From an uncultured Planctomycetota bacterium (GTDB lineage: Bacteria; Planctomycetota; Planctomycetia; Isosphaerales; Isosphaeraceae), in NCBI GenBank assembly GCA_963737655.1, contig CAVTTN010000002.1, positions 2,944,001-3,008,000 on the forward strand: a stretch of 64,000 nt of DNA. The letters are read 5' to 3'. Position 1 is the stretch's first letter; every line of letters starts with the position of its first letter. The notes below the pieces were generated by a model that worked only from the letters and a program-made list of their open reading frames with translations, was not told the DNA's origin and searched no databases. A program made the translations under genes and the position numbers. Below, piece by piece: positions 32,600 through 45,000 of this stretch.

Positions 32600-33013
32600 T
32601 CGCCCGTCGCCGGCGATTTCCGGGAATCCCGAGGCCGCCACGACGCGCCGGCCGGGTTTCCGTGCTTAGGGGTTCAGACGCCCTCCGTGCGGAGGGCCAC
32701 CCGGGCCAGGGGGCGGCCGATCGGGTGGGTCGGGTCGGTCCAGCACCGGCCCGACCCTCCGTCCGAGATCGCCCCTCGGCCCGAGTGTCGAGACGCTCGC
32801 CGACCGCCGCGTCCGTTCCCCCCGACCGCCCGCCAACAGACTCGACATCCTCTCCCGGAGGGCCGCGGACCCCGCGCGGCCCGGGGACCCGTCGATTGAT
32901 TGCCGGACCCTCGCGACTCCCCGAGCCGCGGCGAGGCCCCTCGGCGCCTCCGGGCCCGAGGGGGCCGCGCCCCGGCGCGATTCCACCACCCTGGACGAGA
33001 TGGGACCACCCCG

Positions 33014-36000
33014 ATGAGCCGCCACAAGGATTCCGATCCCCGCCGGGCAGAGAAGAATCGTCGCCGGATTGCCGCCCCGAAGAGCCGTCGATTCGCCGGC
33101 CTCGGCATCGAGGCCCTGGAGAGCCGGACGCTCCTGGCCGTCACCTCGCAGCTCAGCAACGGACTTCTCGACATCGCGCTGGGTGCGGCCGGGGACTCGG
33201 TTTCGGTCTCGGTCGCCAGTAACACCGTCGACGTCTTCGACGGGAGCTCCCACGCCTCGTTCCCGGTCTCGCCCGTGGCGGGCCTGACGATCCACGGGAT
33301 CGGCGCGACGAACCAGACGGCGGCGCTCCATTCCTCGATGGTCCTCTCGCTGCCCCTGCTCGTCTCGGGGTTGAGCAGCACCGCGATCGACGGCTCGTAC
33401 CAGTCCCCGACGATCACCCTGAAATCGGCCGAGATCCACATCAACGGCGGCCTGCTCTCGACCCGGGCCGTTGCCCCCGGAGGCGACCCCGCCCTCGCCC
33501 CGTCGATCGGGAATTCGGGCAATCTCCTCCTGGCCGGGACCCTGATCGACGTCACCCCGGGGAGCAAGCTACTGGCGAACGCGGACGGCGGATTCCTGGC
33601 GGGCCAGCTCCGGCTCAAGACGTCCGACTCGCAGACCGGCGAGAACGTGAAGGCTAGCGCTTCGATCGGCGTGAAGGGGGCGATCCTCCGGGGCGGAGAC
33701 ATCGCCCTCGATGCCACGTCGGCCCTGATCGCCACGGCCTCGAAGCCGCTCGACACCGCCAAGGCGAACCTCGCGAACCTGGACGTCTCCTCGACCGCGA
33801 CGGTCCAGGTCGCCGGCGCGACCGAGGTGACCGGCTCGGGATCGGTCACGATCTCCGCCCTTTCCACGGCCGCGACGACCGCGTCGGCGCTCGCGATGTC
33901 GGCGAGCACCGACACCACGGCCGACGCGGCGGTGGCGAAGACGAACGTCGTGAGCACGGCGATCGCCCACGTGGCCGGGACGTCCGTGGTCTCGGCGGGA
34001 GGGGCGCTGACCGTCTCGGCCACGAACGACACGAACGCCGCGACGACTGCCGACGGGTCGCTGTCGGGCGTGAAGGCCGGCGGGGCGAGCGTGGCCATCG
34101 CCTCGGTGACCGCCGACACCGAGGCGTTCGCCGATGGATCGGCCGGCCTCTCGGCCTCTCACGTCGCCGTCACGGCCGACTCCAAGGCCGTGGCCGTGAC
34201 GACGGCCAGGGCCACCGCGGCCGCCGTGACCCAGAATACCGCGGCGACCCAGGGGATGCTGGCCCAGGACGGGGCGAAGTCCAGTGCGGGGGCGATCAAC
34301 CTCGCCGCCTCGCTCGGCGTGACGACCTTCAACGACAAGACGCTCGCCTACCTCGCGACCTCGGCCCCGGTGACGTCCGCCGGCGACCTCCAGGTCCGGT
34401 CGTCGGCCGTCGCCTCCTCCACCGCCAGGGCCGACGCCGGCTCCGCGGCACCGACGGGCAAGCCCTCGGGCGAGGGCGTGGCCGTCGCGGTGAACCATGC
34501 GGGCTCCCAGAATCGGGCCTCGATCGGGGGGACCGGCCAGGTCGCGGCCCAGGGCCTGAGCGTGAGCGCCACGACGCCCGCCGGGTCCCAGAACCTCCTC
34601 GACGCCGAGGCCACCTCGGGCCTCAGCAAGAAGGATTCCACGCTCGAAGGCGCCGCCGCCTTCAACATCGGGTCGCTCGCCGACGAGGCGTTCCTCGCCA
34701 ACGGCTCCGCCGTGAACGCCAACGCGGGAGACGTCCAGATCAAGGCCGGCGGCGACCTGGGGAGCAACGTTTCGGCCATCCCGGCCCCGGGCGCGAACCC
34801 CGGCGGGATCGCCAAGGGGATCGGCGCCTCGCTCGCGGTGAACATCGTCTCGGACCTGACCCGGGCCGAGGTCGAGGACGGTGCGATCCTCAAGGGGGCG
34901 AACAACCTGACGCTCGCCTCGAACGCCCATGAGGCCCTGAGGACCGCGGCGACCGCGGGCGGGGACCCGACCGCCGCTGGCACCTCGTTCGGGGGCTTCT
35001 CGGCCGCGGCCGGGATCTCCGTCCTGAACGCCAGCACGAAGGCCCGGATCGGCGCGTCGCCGGCCGGGAACGCCCCCCTCCAGCTCGGCGGGAGCCTGTC
35101 GGCCGACGCCACCCACGCGGCCGAAGCCGTCGACGCCGTCGGCGGGGCGATCGCCGGGGCCGGGGTGCTCGGGGCCGCCCTGGCCCTGGACATCCTCTCG
35201 GCCCGGACCACCGCGACGACCGACCGCGACCTGAATGTCGGCGGGGACGCCAGCTTCACCACCCACGCGACCCTCGGGAGCGACGCCCAGGCGCAGGCCT
35301 CGGCCCGAGGGGGGCGGGCCCAGTCGGCGAACACCCCGGCCAATGCCGTCGACAAGGAGGCGGCCTCCCAGATCGCCGCCGCCGACGCCCAGTCCCCGGG
35401 CTCGACCAGCGGCGCCACCGCCCCGAAGGCCAGCACCGACTCCGGCGGGATGACCGTCGCCGCGGCCGTCGCCCTGAACCTGATCGCCCATTCGGAGTCC
35501 CTGGCGAGCGTCCCCTCCGGCCGGGCCGTCACCGTAGGCGGCGCCCTGACGGTCGCCTCCGCGAACGACACGGACGGCCACGCCCGGGCCGACGGCAGCA
35601 CGACCACGACGAACGCCACCGGGGTCGGCGTCGGGATCGCAATCAACGCGGACACCGACGACCTCGACCGCGCCCTGATCGGCGCGGGGGCGAAGGTCAT
35701 TGCCAAGGGGCTGACTGTCTCCGCGGGGATGGGCAACTCGGGGGACGGCACGAACACGCTCGGGGCCGACAGCTCCTCCGGGGGCGGGGCGAAGCAGGTC
35801 GGCGTGGCCGGGTCGCTCGCGATCAACGTGGCGAGGACGACGACCGAGGCCGTCGTCGATTCCGGGGCCCAGGTCGCGCTCACCGGCGGCAACGCCTCGA
35901 TCTCGGCCTCCTCGAAGACCTCGGCCCCCGTGAGCGCCGGGTCGAGCAAGGACCTCGGCACGGGCAAGGACAAGGGGATCGGCGTCTCCGCGGCGTTCAA

Positions 36001-39000
36001 CATCGTCGAGGACGACACCCGGGGCGAGGTCGTCGACACCGCGAACCTCACCGGCGCGAAGGGGGTCGCGATCGCGGCCGGCTCGCGCGACGACCTGGAG
36101 ACCACGGCCGAGACCGGCGCGAATCGACCGGGGGGACGGCCGTGGCCGCCTCCGTCGCCGTGGCGGCCCTGAATGCGACGACGACGGCCCGCCTCGGCTC
36201 CGGGCCCGGGCTACCGGCCTCCGGGGACGTGTCGATCCGGGCCGACCACGTCGACACGGCCACCGACGCCGCCGGGGGCACCGGCAAGGGGGCCACGAAG
36301 GCCATCGGCGTCTCGGTCGGGTTGACCTATGTGAACGATAACACCACCGCGACCACCGATCGCGACGTCTTCGCCCCGACCGGGGCCGTGACGATCGCGG
36401 CGCACAACGCCTCGGCCAGCGACACCCGGGCGACCGCCAGCGAGACCGGAGCGATGGACAAGGCGGCCGGGGGGGCCGACAACGGCGCCACCCAGCAGGG
36501 CATGGCGGAGAAGGCCGCCCTCGACCAGAAGGCGGCCGACTCGAACGTGCAGGGGACCGCCGCCGGGGCGGCCGTGCCCGACCCGAAGACCTCCAACGGC
36601 CAGTCGATCGCCGTGGCGGGGGCCCTGGCCCTGGACCTGGTCTACGGGTCGCACGCCTCCGCCTCCGTGCCCGACGGCCGGAAGATCCAGGCCGGGGGCG
36701 GGCTGACGATCGACGCCCAGGGCGACACGGATGCGTATTCGAAGGCCGACGGCGCCGCCAAGGGAGACGCGGCGACGGGAGTCGGCGTGGCCGTGGCCTT
36801 GACCATCGCCCCCGACGTCCTGACCTCGGCGACGATCGGCAAGGACGCCTCGATCACCGCCGACGGCGTGACCGTCTCGGCCGGGATGTCCGGCCAGAAC
36901 GACGGCACGAACGTCGTCGGGGCCGACGCGATCTCGGGCGCCTCGGCCTCCGAGAAGGCCGGGGCGGGCGCCCTGGGGCTGGTCGTATTCCTCCCCCAGA
37001 CGACGGCCACGATCGCCGCCGGGAAGCCCCTGGACGCCGGGGGCGGGAACCTGACCCTCTCCGCGGCCGAGGCCACGAAGAGCACGGCCTCTGCCGTGCC
37101 GGCCCCCGGGCCCGTCCAGGGCACGTCGCTCGGCGTAGGCCTTTCGTTTGCGTTCAACATCGTCGAGCCCACGACCCTCGCCGAGCTCGGCGACGGCGTG
37201 ACCGTCGAACCGAACAGCGTGAAGGACGCCTCGATCTCCGCCTCGTCGACCGATTCGCTGACGACGGTCGCCTCGGCCGGGGCGGCGGCCGAGGGAGGTT
37301 CCGACGGCGGAGGGACCGGCATCGCCGCCTCGGTCGCTGCCAGCGAGCTGAACGCCGACACCCGGGCCCGGATCGGCGCCGGGACCCCGCTGAAGACCAC
37401 CGGTGCCGTCTCGGTCGGCGCGACCCACAAGGATGCGATCACCGCCGACGTCGGCGCGATGAGCACCGGCACCGGGACCGCCGTGGGCGTGTCGATCGGC
37501 CTGAACATCGAGACCGAATCGACCCGGGCCACGACCGATCGCGACCTCGACGCCAGCGGAGCGGTGACCTTCAACGCGCAGGGCGTGACGGCGAGCGACG
37601 TGACCTCCCGGGCCAGCGGGGTCGGCGGCCAGGACAAGGCGCCGGGCGGATCGTCCACCGGTGCGAAGGACGAGGCGGACGCCTCCAAGAACACCCTGGA
37701 CCTGAACGCCAAGGCCGCGTCGCCCAAGGCGAAGGGCGTGGGCGCGAACGCCACGATCCCCGACGCCAGGAACGGCGACGGCAAGAGCGTGGCGGTCGCC
37801 GGGGCCCTGGCGATCGACCTCCCCGTCTCCGTCGACGTCGAGGCCACGATCCCCGATGGCCGGTCGATCTCGGCCGGGGGCCCGCTGGAGCTCGCCGCCC
37901 TGGGAGACGTCGACGCCCACACCAGCGCCGATGGCACGGCCGTGGGACAGGCGAGCACCGGGGTCGGCGTGGCCGTGGCCCTGACGATCCTGCCGAGCGT
38001 GACCACCACCGCCACCATCGGCAAGAATGCGACGATCCACGCGCCGGGGTCGCGCTGACCGCGGGGATGGCGAGCGACAACGACCAGACGAACGTGATCG
38101 GCGCCGACGCCACCTCCGGGGCCTCGGCCACGGACAAGGCCGGCTCCGGCGCGTTCGCGCTGGACATCTTCCTCGCCGGGACCACCGCGACGGTCGGCCT
38201 GGGGACGGCGATCGACGCCGGGGCCGGAAACCTCGCCCTGTCGGCCGACGAGGCGACGAGGAGCACGGTCAACGCCCTGCCCGCGATCTCCAAGGGCCTC
38301 CCCGGCCAGCCCGAGGCCCGCACGGTCCTGGGCGTGGGGATCGCCGTGGCGCTGAACATCGTCGAGACCGACACCCGCGCCGAACTCCTCCCCGCCGTGC
38401 ACGTCGTGAACGCCCAGAATCCGGCCCTCGCCGGGGCCCATGACGTCTCCCTGAAGGCCGATTCGAAGGACGATTTGAAGACGACGGCGACGGCCGGCGC
38501 CTCGGTCCCGAACCCGTCGGACGACGGCGAGGGGATCGGCGCGGAGGCCGCCATCAGCATCCTGCTCGCGACGACCGACGCCAGCATCGCCCCGGGCGGC
38601 GCCCTGATCGCGGGCCACGACGTCTCCGTGGTCGCCGATCATGCCGACACGAACGTGACGACCGGCGACGGCTTCGGCCAGTCCGGCGGGACGGCGATCG
38701 GGATCGCCATCGGCTTCACCTACGTCGATTCCGAGACCACGGCGACCGTGGGCGAGGGCCTCACGGCCGAGAACGACGTCCTGATCGGCGCCCAGAACGC
38801 GACGGCCAGCGACACCATTTCGAGGGCCAGCACCGCCGGGGGCAAGGCGGGAGGGGGGAACCAGCCCGTCGATTCGCCCGACCAGGCCGCGATCAAGCAG
38901 AGGGACCTCGGCGATTCGTACGCGACCGGCAGCGGCGGCAAGGCCACGGGCCCGACGTCGAACCCGAAGGCCAGCACCTCCAGCGGGAGCGTTGCCGTGG

Positions 39001-42000
39001 CCGGGGCCCTCTCCGTCGAGATCGTCGGGGCCTCCAAGGCGCTCGCCACCACGGCCGACGGCCTGACGATCGTCGCCGGGGGGTCGTTGACGCTGGCCGC
39101 GGGCAACGACACCGACGCCCATGCCGGGGCTGTGGGCAGCACGACCGGCGACGCCACCAAGGGCGTCGGCGTGGGGATCGCCCTGAGTATCGCCCCGACG
39201 GTCTTGACGACAGCCGCCCTCGGCGCGGACTCCAAGGTCCACGCGAAGGGGATCACGATCGCGGCCGGGATGTCCGGGGCGAACGACTCGACGAACCGGG
39301 TCGGGGCCGACGCTTCCTCGGGCGCCTCGGCCTCGGACAAGGCCGGCGCGGGGGCGTTGGGCCTCAGCCTCTTCTTCGAGGACGTCGAGGCGACCCCGGG
39401 CCAGGGCTCGCAGGTCGACGCGATGGGCGGCCCCGTCTCGATCCTCGCCACGAGCAACACCGTCGCGTCGGCCTCGGCCATCCCGGCGAAGAAGGGGGTC
39501 GGCGGCAAGACCACCGGCGTGGGCGTCTCGATCGCCATCGAAGGGGTGGAGGACACGACCTCGGCCCGGGTCCCCGACACCACGACGATCACGGACGCGG
39601 GCGGCCTCTTCGTGATCGCCGCGTCCCACGACGACGCCTCGACGACGTCCGAGGCCGGGGCCTCGGCCCCGGGCGGGAACGCCGGGGCGGGCGGGGGATC
39701 GTTCACGGTCGTCCTGGCCGACACGACGGCCCGGGTCGGGACCGGGGCGGACCTCACCGTCGCAGGCGACGTCCTGATCGGGGCCGGCCACTCCGGCGAC
39801 TCCTCGGCGACCGTGGACTCCGACGCCAAGGGGGCCGACACGGTCGTCGGCGCCTCCCTCGCCGTGAATTATGAGGACATCAGCACCACCGCCGACTTCC
39901 ACCGGAACATGACGGCCGGCCTCTCATTCTCGATCGACGCCCACACCCAATCCGCCGGCGTTTCGGGCGCGAAGGCGGCGGCCTCGGGCGCCCAGGGGAG
40001 CGACCAGAACACGCCCCCGAACGGCGTGGACCAGCAGGCGGCCTCCCAGAGGAGCTACGTCAACGGCCAGATCACCGACAACGGCGGCCAGGGCGCCAGC
40101 ACGAACGACAATACCTCGGCGAAGACCTCCGGCGGGGGGATCAGCGTCGCGGCGGCCGTCGCCATCGAGATCGCCCACGTCCACTCGACCGCGACGATCC
40201 CCGACGGCCTGACCGTCCACGCAGACGGCGGGCCCCTGACCGTAAGCGCCTGCGACGACGCCGGCAGCACCGCCTCGGCCGACGGGACCGAGGCCGGCAA
40301 GAGCAACAAGACGGGCATCGGCGCGGCCGTCGCCATCAACTTCGTGGACACCTCGGCGCTGGCCGAGATCGGCGACGACACCATCGCGTCGAAAGGCCTG
40401 GTCGTCGAGGCCACGCAGGGCCTCGGGCCTCACCTGGAAACGATCTCGGCCTCGGCCGTCTCCGGGGCGGGGGCGAAGAATACCGGGATCGCCGGCGCCG
40501 TGGCGCTGAACCTGGTCCTCACCGAGTCCCACGACGCCCGAATCGACGGCGGGGCGAAGATCGATGCGGGGGGCGGACCGGTCGCGATCGTGGCGGGCGC
40601 GGCCACCCTGGACATCGCCAGCGCGACCGCCGCCGACGGCGGGATGGTCCCGGCGAACACCGGCATCGGCGCCTCGGTCGCCGTGAACGTCGTCTTGAAA
40701 GACGTCCGCGCCGAGGTCCAGGACGGCGCCTCTCTGATCCACGCCGGGACGTTTCTGCTGGATGCGGAGTCGGGCGACGGGCTCATCACGTTCGCGAAGA
40801 ACGGGGCGCAGGGGAGCACGGCCGTCGGCATCAGCGCGGGGGTGACATATATCAAGAACGACACGGTCGCGAGGGTCGGCACCGGCCCGGCCCTGGACGC
40901 CTCGGGCGACGCGATCATCCACGCGAACATCCAGGACCACGCCCTGACCACCACCGACTCGGCCGCGGCCGGGGACGAGACGGCCGTCGGCCTGTCGATC
41001 GCCGTGGGGATCGTCCGCACTTCGGCCGACGCCTCGCTGAACCGCAACCTCTCGGCCGGGGGCCAGTTCAGCCTGACGACCGACGACGCCACCAGCAGCG
41101 ACGTGACCTCGACGGCCAGCGCCACCGGGATGTCCACCGGCACGGAGAATTCCGACGAACAGTCGAAGGACCAGTTCAGCTTCGTCGACCTGCTCTCGAA
41201 TCAGAACGAATCGGGGAATTCGCCCTCGGTGAAGGACCAGGAGGACTCGGCCAACGGCCAGTCCACGGGCCAGACGGGCATGCAGAGCAAGGACCAGGTC
41301 GGCGTGGCGGCGACGATCGCGGTGAACGTCGAACTCGTCCACATGGCCGCCTCGGTGGCCGACGGCCTGACCGTCACCGCCGCCGGCCCCGTGACCATCG
41401 CCACGAATTCCGACGTGGATGGGTCGGCCTCCGCCCTGGGGGTGGCCCTGCAGCTCTCGGCGCAGGAGTCGAAGGACACGACCGTGGCGGCGGCCGTGGC
41501 CGTGGACGTGGTGCTCCTCGACGACACGGCGAGCGTCGGCGCGGGGGACGCGATCCAGGGGCACGGGATCACCGTGGCCGCCCGGACCGCCACCCCCTCG
41601 ACGACCGACGACTACCGAGCGATGGCCCTCTCCGGCGCGGGCGGGACGGGAGACTCCGGGGCGGGGTCGGCGAGCCTGAACGTGCTCGACCTCGTCACGA
41701 CGGCGAGCGTCGGGACCGGCGCGGCCCTCAATTCGACCGGGACGATCGACGTCCTGGCCCAGAGCCCGGTCCGCCTCGAGGACGGCGCGGGCGGTGCGGC
41801 CCTGGGCAAGGGCAAGGGCGTGGGCCTCGCCATCGCGGTGAACATCGTGAGCCATCACACGACCTCGGCGACGATCGGTGACGGCTCGACCATTGATGCT
41901 GTCGGGGCGCTGACGGTCGCGGCCTCCGCATCGCTGACCCCGGTCGCCGGCGCCCTGCCGGGCGACCTGACCAGCGCCGCCATCGGCGCCGCCGGGTCCC

Positions 42001-45000
42001 AGGACACCGCCGTTGGCGGCTCGATCCTCGTGGACGTCGTTTTCGAGACGACCCATGCCGAGATCGGCGCCGGGTCCCTCGTGAACGGGACCGCCGCCGG
42101 GCTGCTCGACCAGTCGGTGATCGTCACGGCGACCGACGCCGTGACGCTCCACGACGCGGCCGGAGGGCTCGGCATCAGCACCGGCGGCGACGGCGTCGGC
42201 GCGGGCCTGCTCGTCTCGGTCCTGACCGCCGACACGGCCGCGAAGATCGACGACGGCGTGACGGTGAAGGCCGGCGGCGACGTCGTCGTCCGGGCCTCCG
42301 AGGCCGAGGACTTGCTCGAAATTGCGGTGGCCGGCGCGATCGGCGACGGCGACGCGGTCGCGGTGACCGTCGCGGTCTTCGTCCCCCTGATCACCACCCA
42401 GGCCGGCCTCGGCGCGTCCGACCACGTGACCGCAGGAGGCAACGTGATCGTCGGAGCCGATCACGACTTCACCGCCTTCCTCGTGGGCGGGACGCTGGCC
42501 GTCGGCGGGGGATCGGCGAGCTTCGGCGCGGAGGTCGCGACGATCGTCCTGATCGATCAGACGGACGCCTCGATCGGCCACGACGCCTCGGTGGTCTCGC
42601 ACGGCCGGACCCCCGCGATTGACGTCCCCACCGGGGCGGAGGACGCGAACGGCCAGGCCATCACCGAGCCGGTCGACGGCGTGGCCGTCACGGCGACGAC
42701 TCGCCATCACGTCCAGACCTTCGCGATCGGCGGGGCCATCAGCGGAAGCGGCGCGGCCATCAGCGGGTCGGCGGCCGTGAACGTCGATCAGGACACGACG
42801 CTCGCCCACATCGACCACGGCGCGACCGTCCTGGCGGCCGACAACAAGCCCGGGACCGGCCCCTCGGTCGTCGTCCTGGCGTCGGACACGCTGGTCCAGG
42901 TGAGCGCCGGCGGGGCCCTGGCCGGCGGCGACAGCGAGGGCGTAGGCATCGGCGTGGACGTGGGGGTGATCGCGAAGCAAACGGAGGCCTCGATCGACGC
43001 CCTCGGCGTCGGTGCCGACTCGAACGTGATCGTCCGGGCGAACTCGTCGGAGGACTTCACGTCCGTGAGCGCCACCCTCGCCGCGGCCGGCGAGGCGGCG
43101 ATCGGCGGGGCGGCCGGGGTCTACGTGGTGAACGACAGGACGCGGGCCTTCATCGGCTCGGCCGGCAACGACGGCCCGCACCTGGTCGAGGCCCGGGGGA
43201 ACGTGATGGTCGCGGCCCGCGAGTCGCTCGGCCTGGTCATGCTCGCCGGCAGCATCACTGCCGCGCCGAGCGCCGCCGTGGGGGTCGGCGCCGGGGTCCC
43301 GATCATCAACAAGACGACCGAGGCGTTCATCGGCGAGGGGTCGACGGTCGTGGGCCTCGGCCTGGGCGGGACGATCGATGCCGACACCGGCGAGTTCGGC
43401 CAGGTCCTCGGGGCATACAGCCCGGTCTTCGGCGCCACCGGGCCGAGCAGCCAGAGCGGTCGGCCGATCTACGAGGACTCGAATCACAACAAGACGATGC
43501 TCCCGCAAAACGGGGCGGTGAACCACAGCGCCGACTCCGTCCCGCTCACGCAGGCGATGCGGGGGGTCGCCGTGACCGCCACCAACAAGGACAAGATCGA
43601 CACGATCGGGGTGAACGCCGGGGCCTCCGGGTCGGTCGCGGTGAACGTGACCGGGGTAGTGAACATCCTCACGAACGTGACGACCGCCCACGTCGATGCC
43701 GGGGCGACGATCAACTCGAACAACCCGGGCGCGGCGGCCGACCAGTCGGTGAGGGTCGCCGCGGGGGACGCCTTCTCGCAGATGGCCGCGGCGGCGGGCC
43801 TGGCCGCCTCGGGATCGGTCGCCGTGACGGCCGCCGCCACGGTCCTGATCGCGAACGAGACCACCCTGGCCACCGTCGCCGACGGCGCCCACCTCTGGGC
43901 GAAGGGCGACATCAACGTCGAGGCCCACGCCTCCGAGGAGCTCCTGACCGTCGCCGCCACGCTCGCCGTCTCCGGGACCGCCAGCGTGGGCGGGGCGGTC
44001 TCCGTCGTGGTCCTGAACGACGTGACCCGCGCCTCCCTCGGCGACAAGGCGACGACCGACCCGGCCGGCGCCACCGCCGACGCCGGGGGGAACGTCGTGG
44101 TCGCCGCCTCCGACGACACCGACTCCCTGACCGTCGCCGGAGGGGTCTCCGTCGGCGGCGACGCCGGCGTCGGCGCGGCCGTCGCCGTCACGATCTTCAA
44201 CAAGGACACCCGCGCGTTCGTCGGCGACCATGCGACGGTCAACGCCTCGGCGAGCTCCTCGCCGATCGACGGCGTCGTCGACGGCACGATCAAGGACGAC
44301 GGCACCTTCGAGGCCCTCCCGGGCTTCCGGGGGCTGGCCGTCCAGGCGACATCCAGCGAGACCGTCCTCCAGGTCGGCGCCGAGGCCGCCGCCGGCTTCT
44401 ACCTGGGACTGGGCGGGGGCGTCACGATCGAGCTGTTCAATTCCAACACGAACGCCTACATCGGCCGGGACGCCCACATCAACCCGGGCACCTCGGGGGC
44501 CTCGCAGGGCCAGTCCGTGAACGTGGCGGCGGCGAACCGCGTGAAGGATTTCTCGCTCGGCGGCGGGATCGGGGTCGGTGTCGTTGGGATTGGCGGGGGC
44601 GTGGATGTCGGCGTCCTCCGCAACAACACGTCGGGATTCATCGACGCCGGGACGGACGTGCACGCGAACGGGGACATCCACGTCTACGGCCTCTCCAGCG
44701 AGGACATCACCACCTTCGCCATCAGCGGGGCGGGCGGCCTGGGCGCGGTCTCGGGGTCGGTCTCGGTCTGGTCGATCGGCTCGGCCTTCCAGTCGAGCTA
44801 CTCCGACGATGGGCAGTCGGCCGACGGCCTCGACTCCAGCAATCAGAGCCCGGGCCAGACGTCGTCGAACCTGAAGAACACGACGTCGCAGAGCATGGCG
44901 ATGACCGGCAAGTTCACGTCGGCGACCGACTCATTCCTGGACCCGGCGAACAACCCCGCGCTGGCCCCGGCGAAGGGAGTGGGCACGGCCCATTCGATGA

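Noticed and set aside
36125..38050. Phase variation of the giant gene via poly-G tracts
   Set aside because: The runs are short (4-6 G) and the same kind of shift hits housekeeping genes, so sequencing error is more parsimonious.
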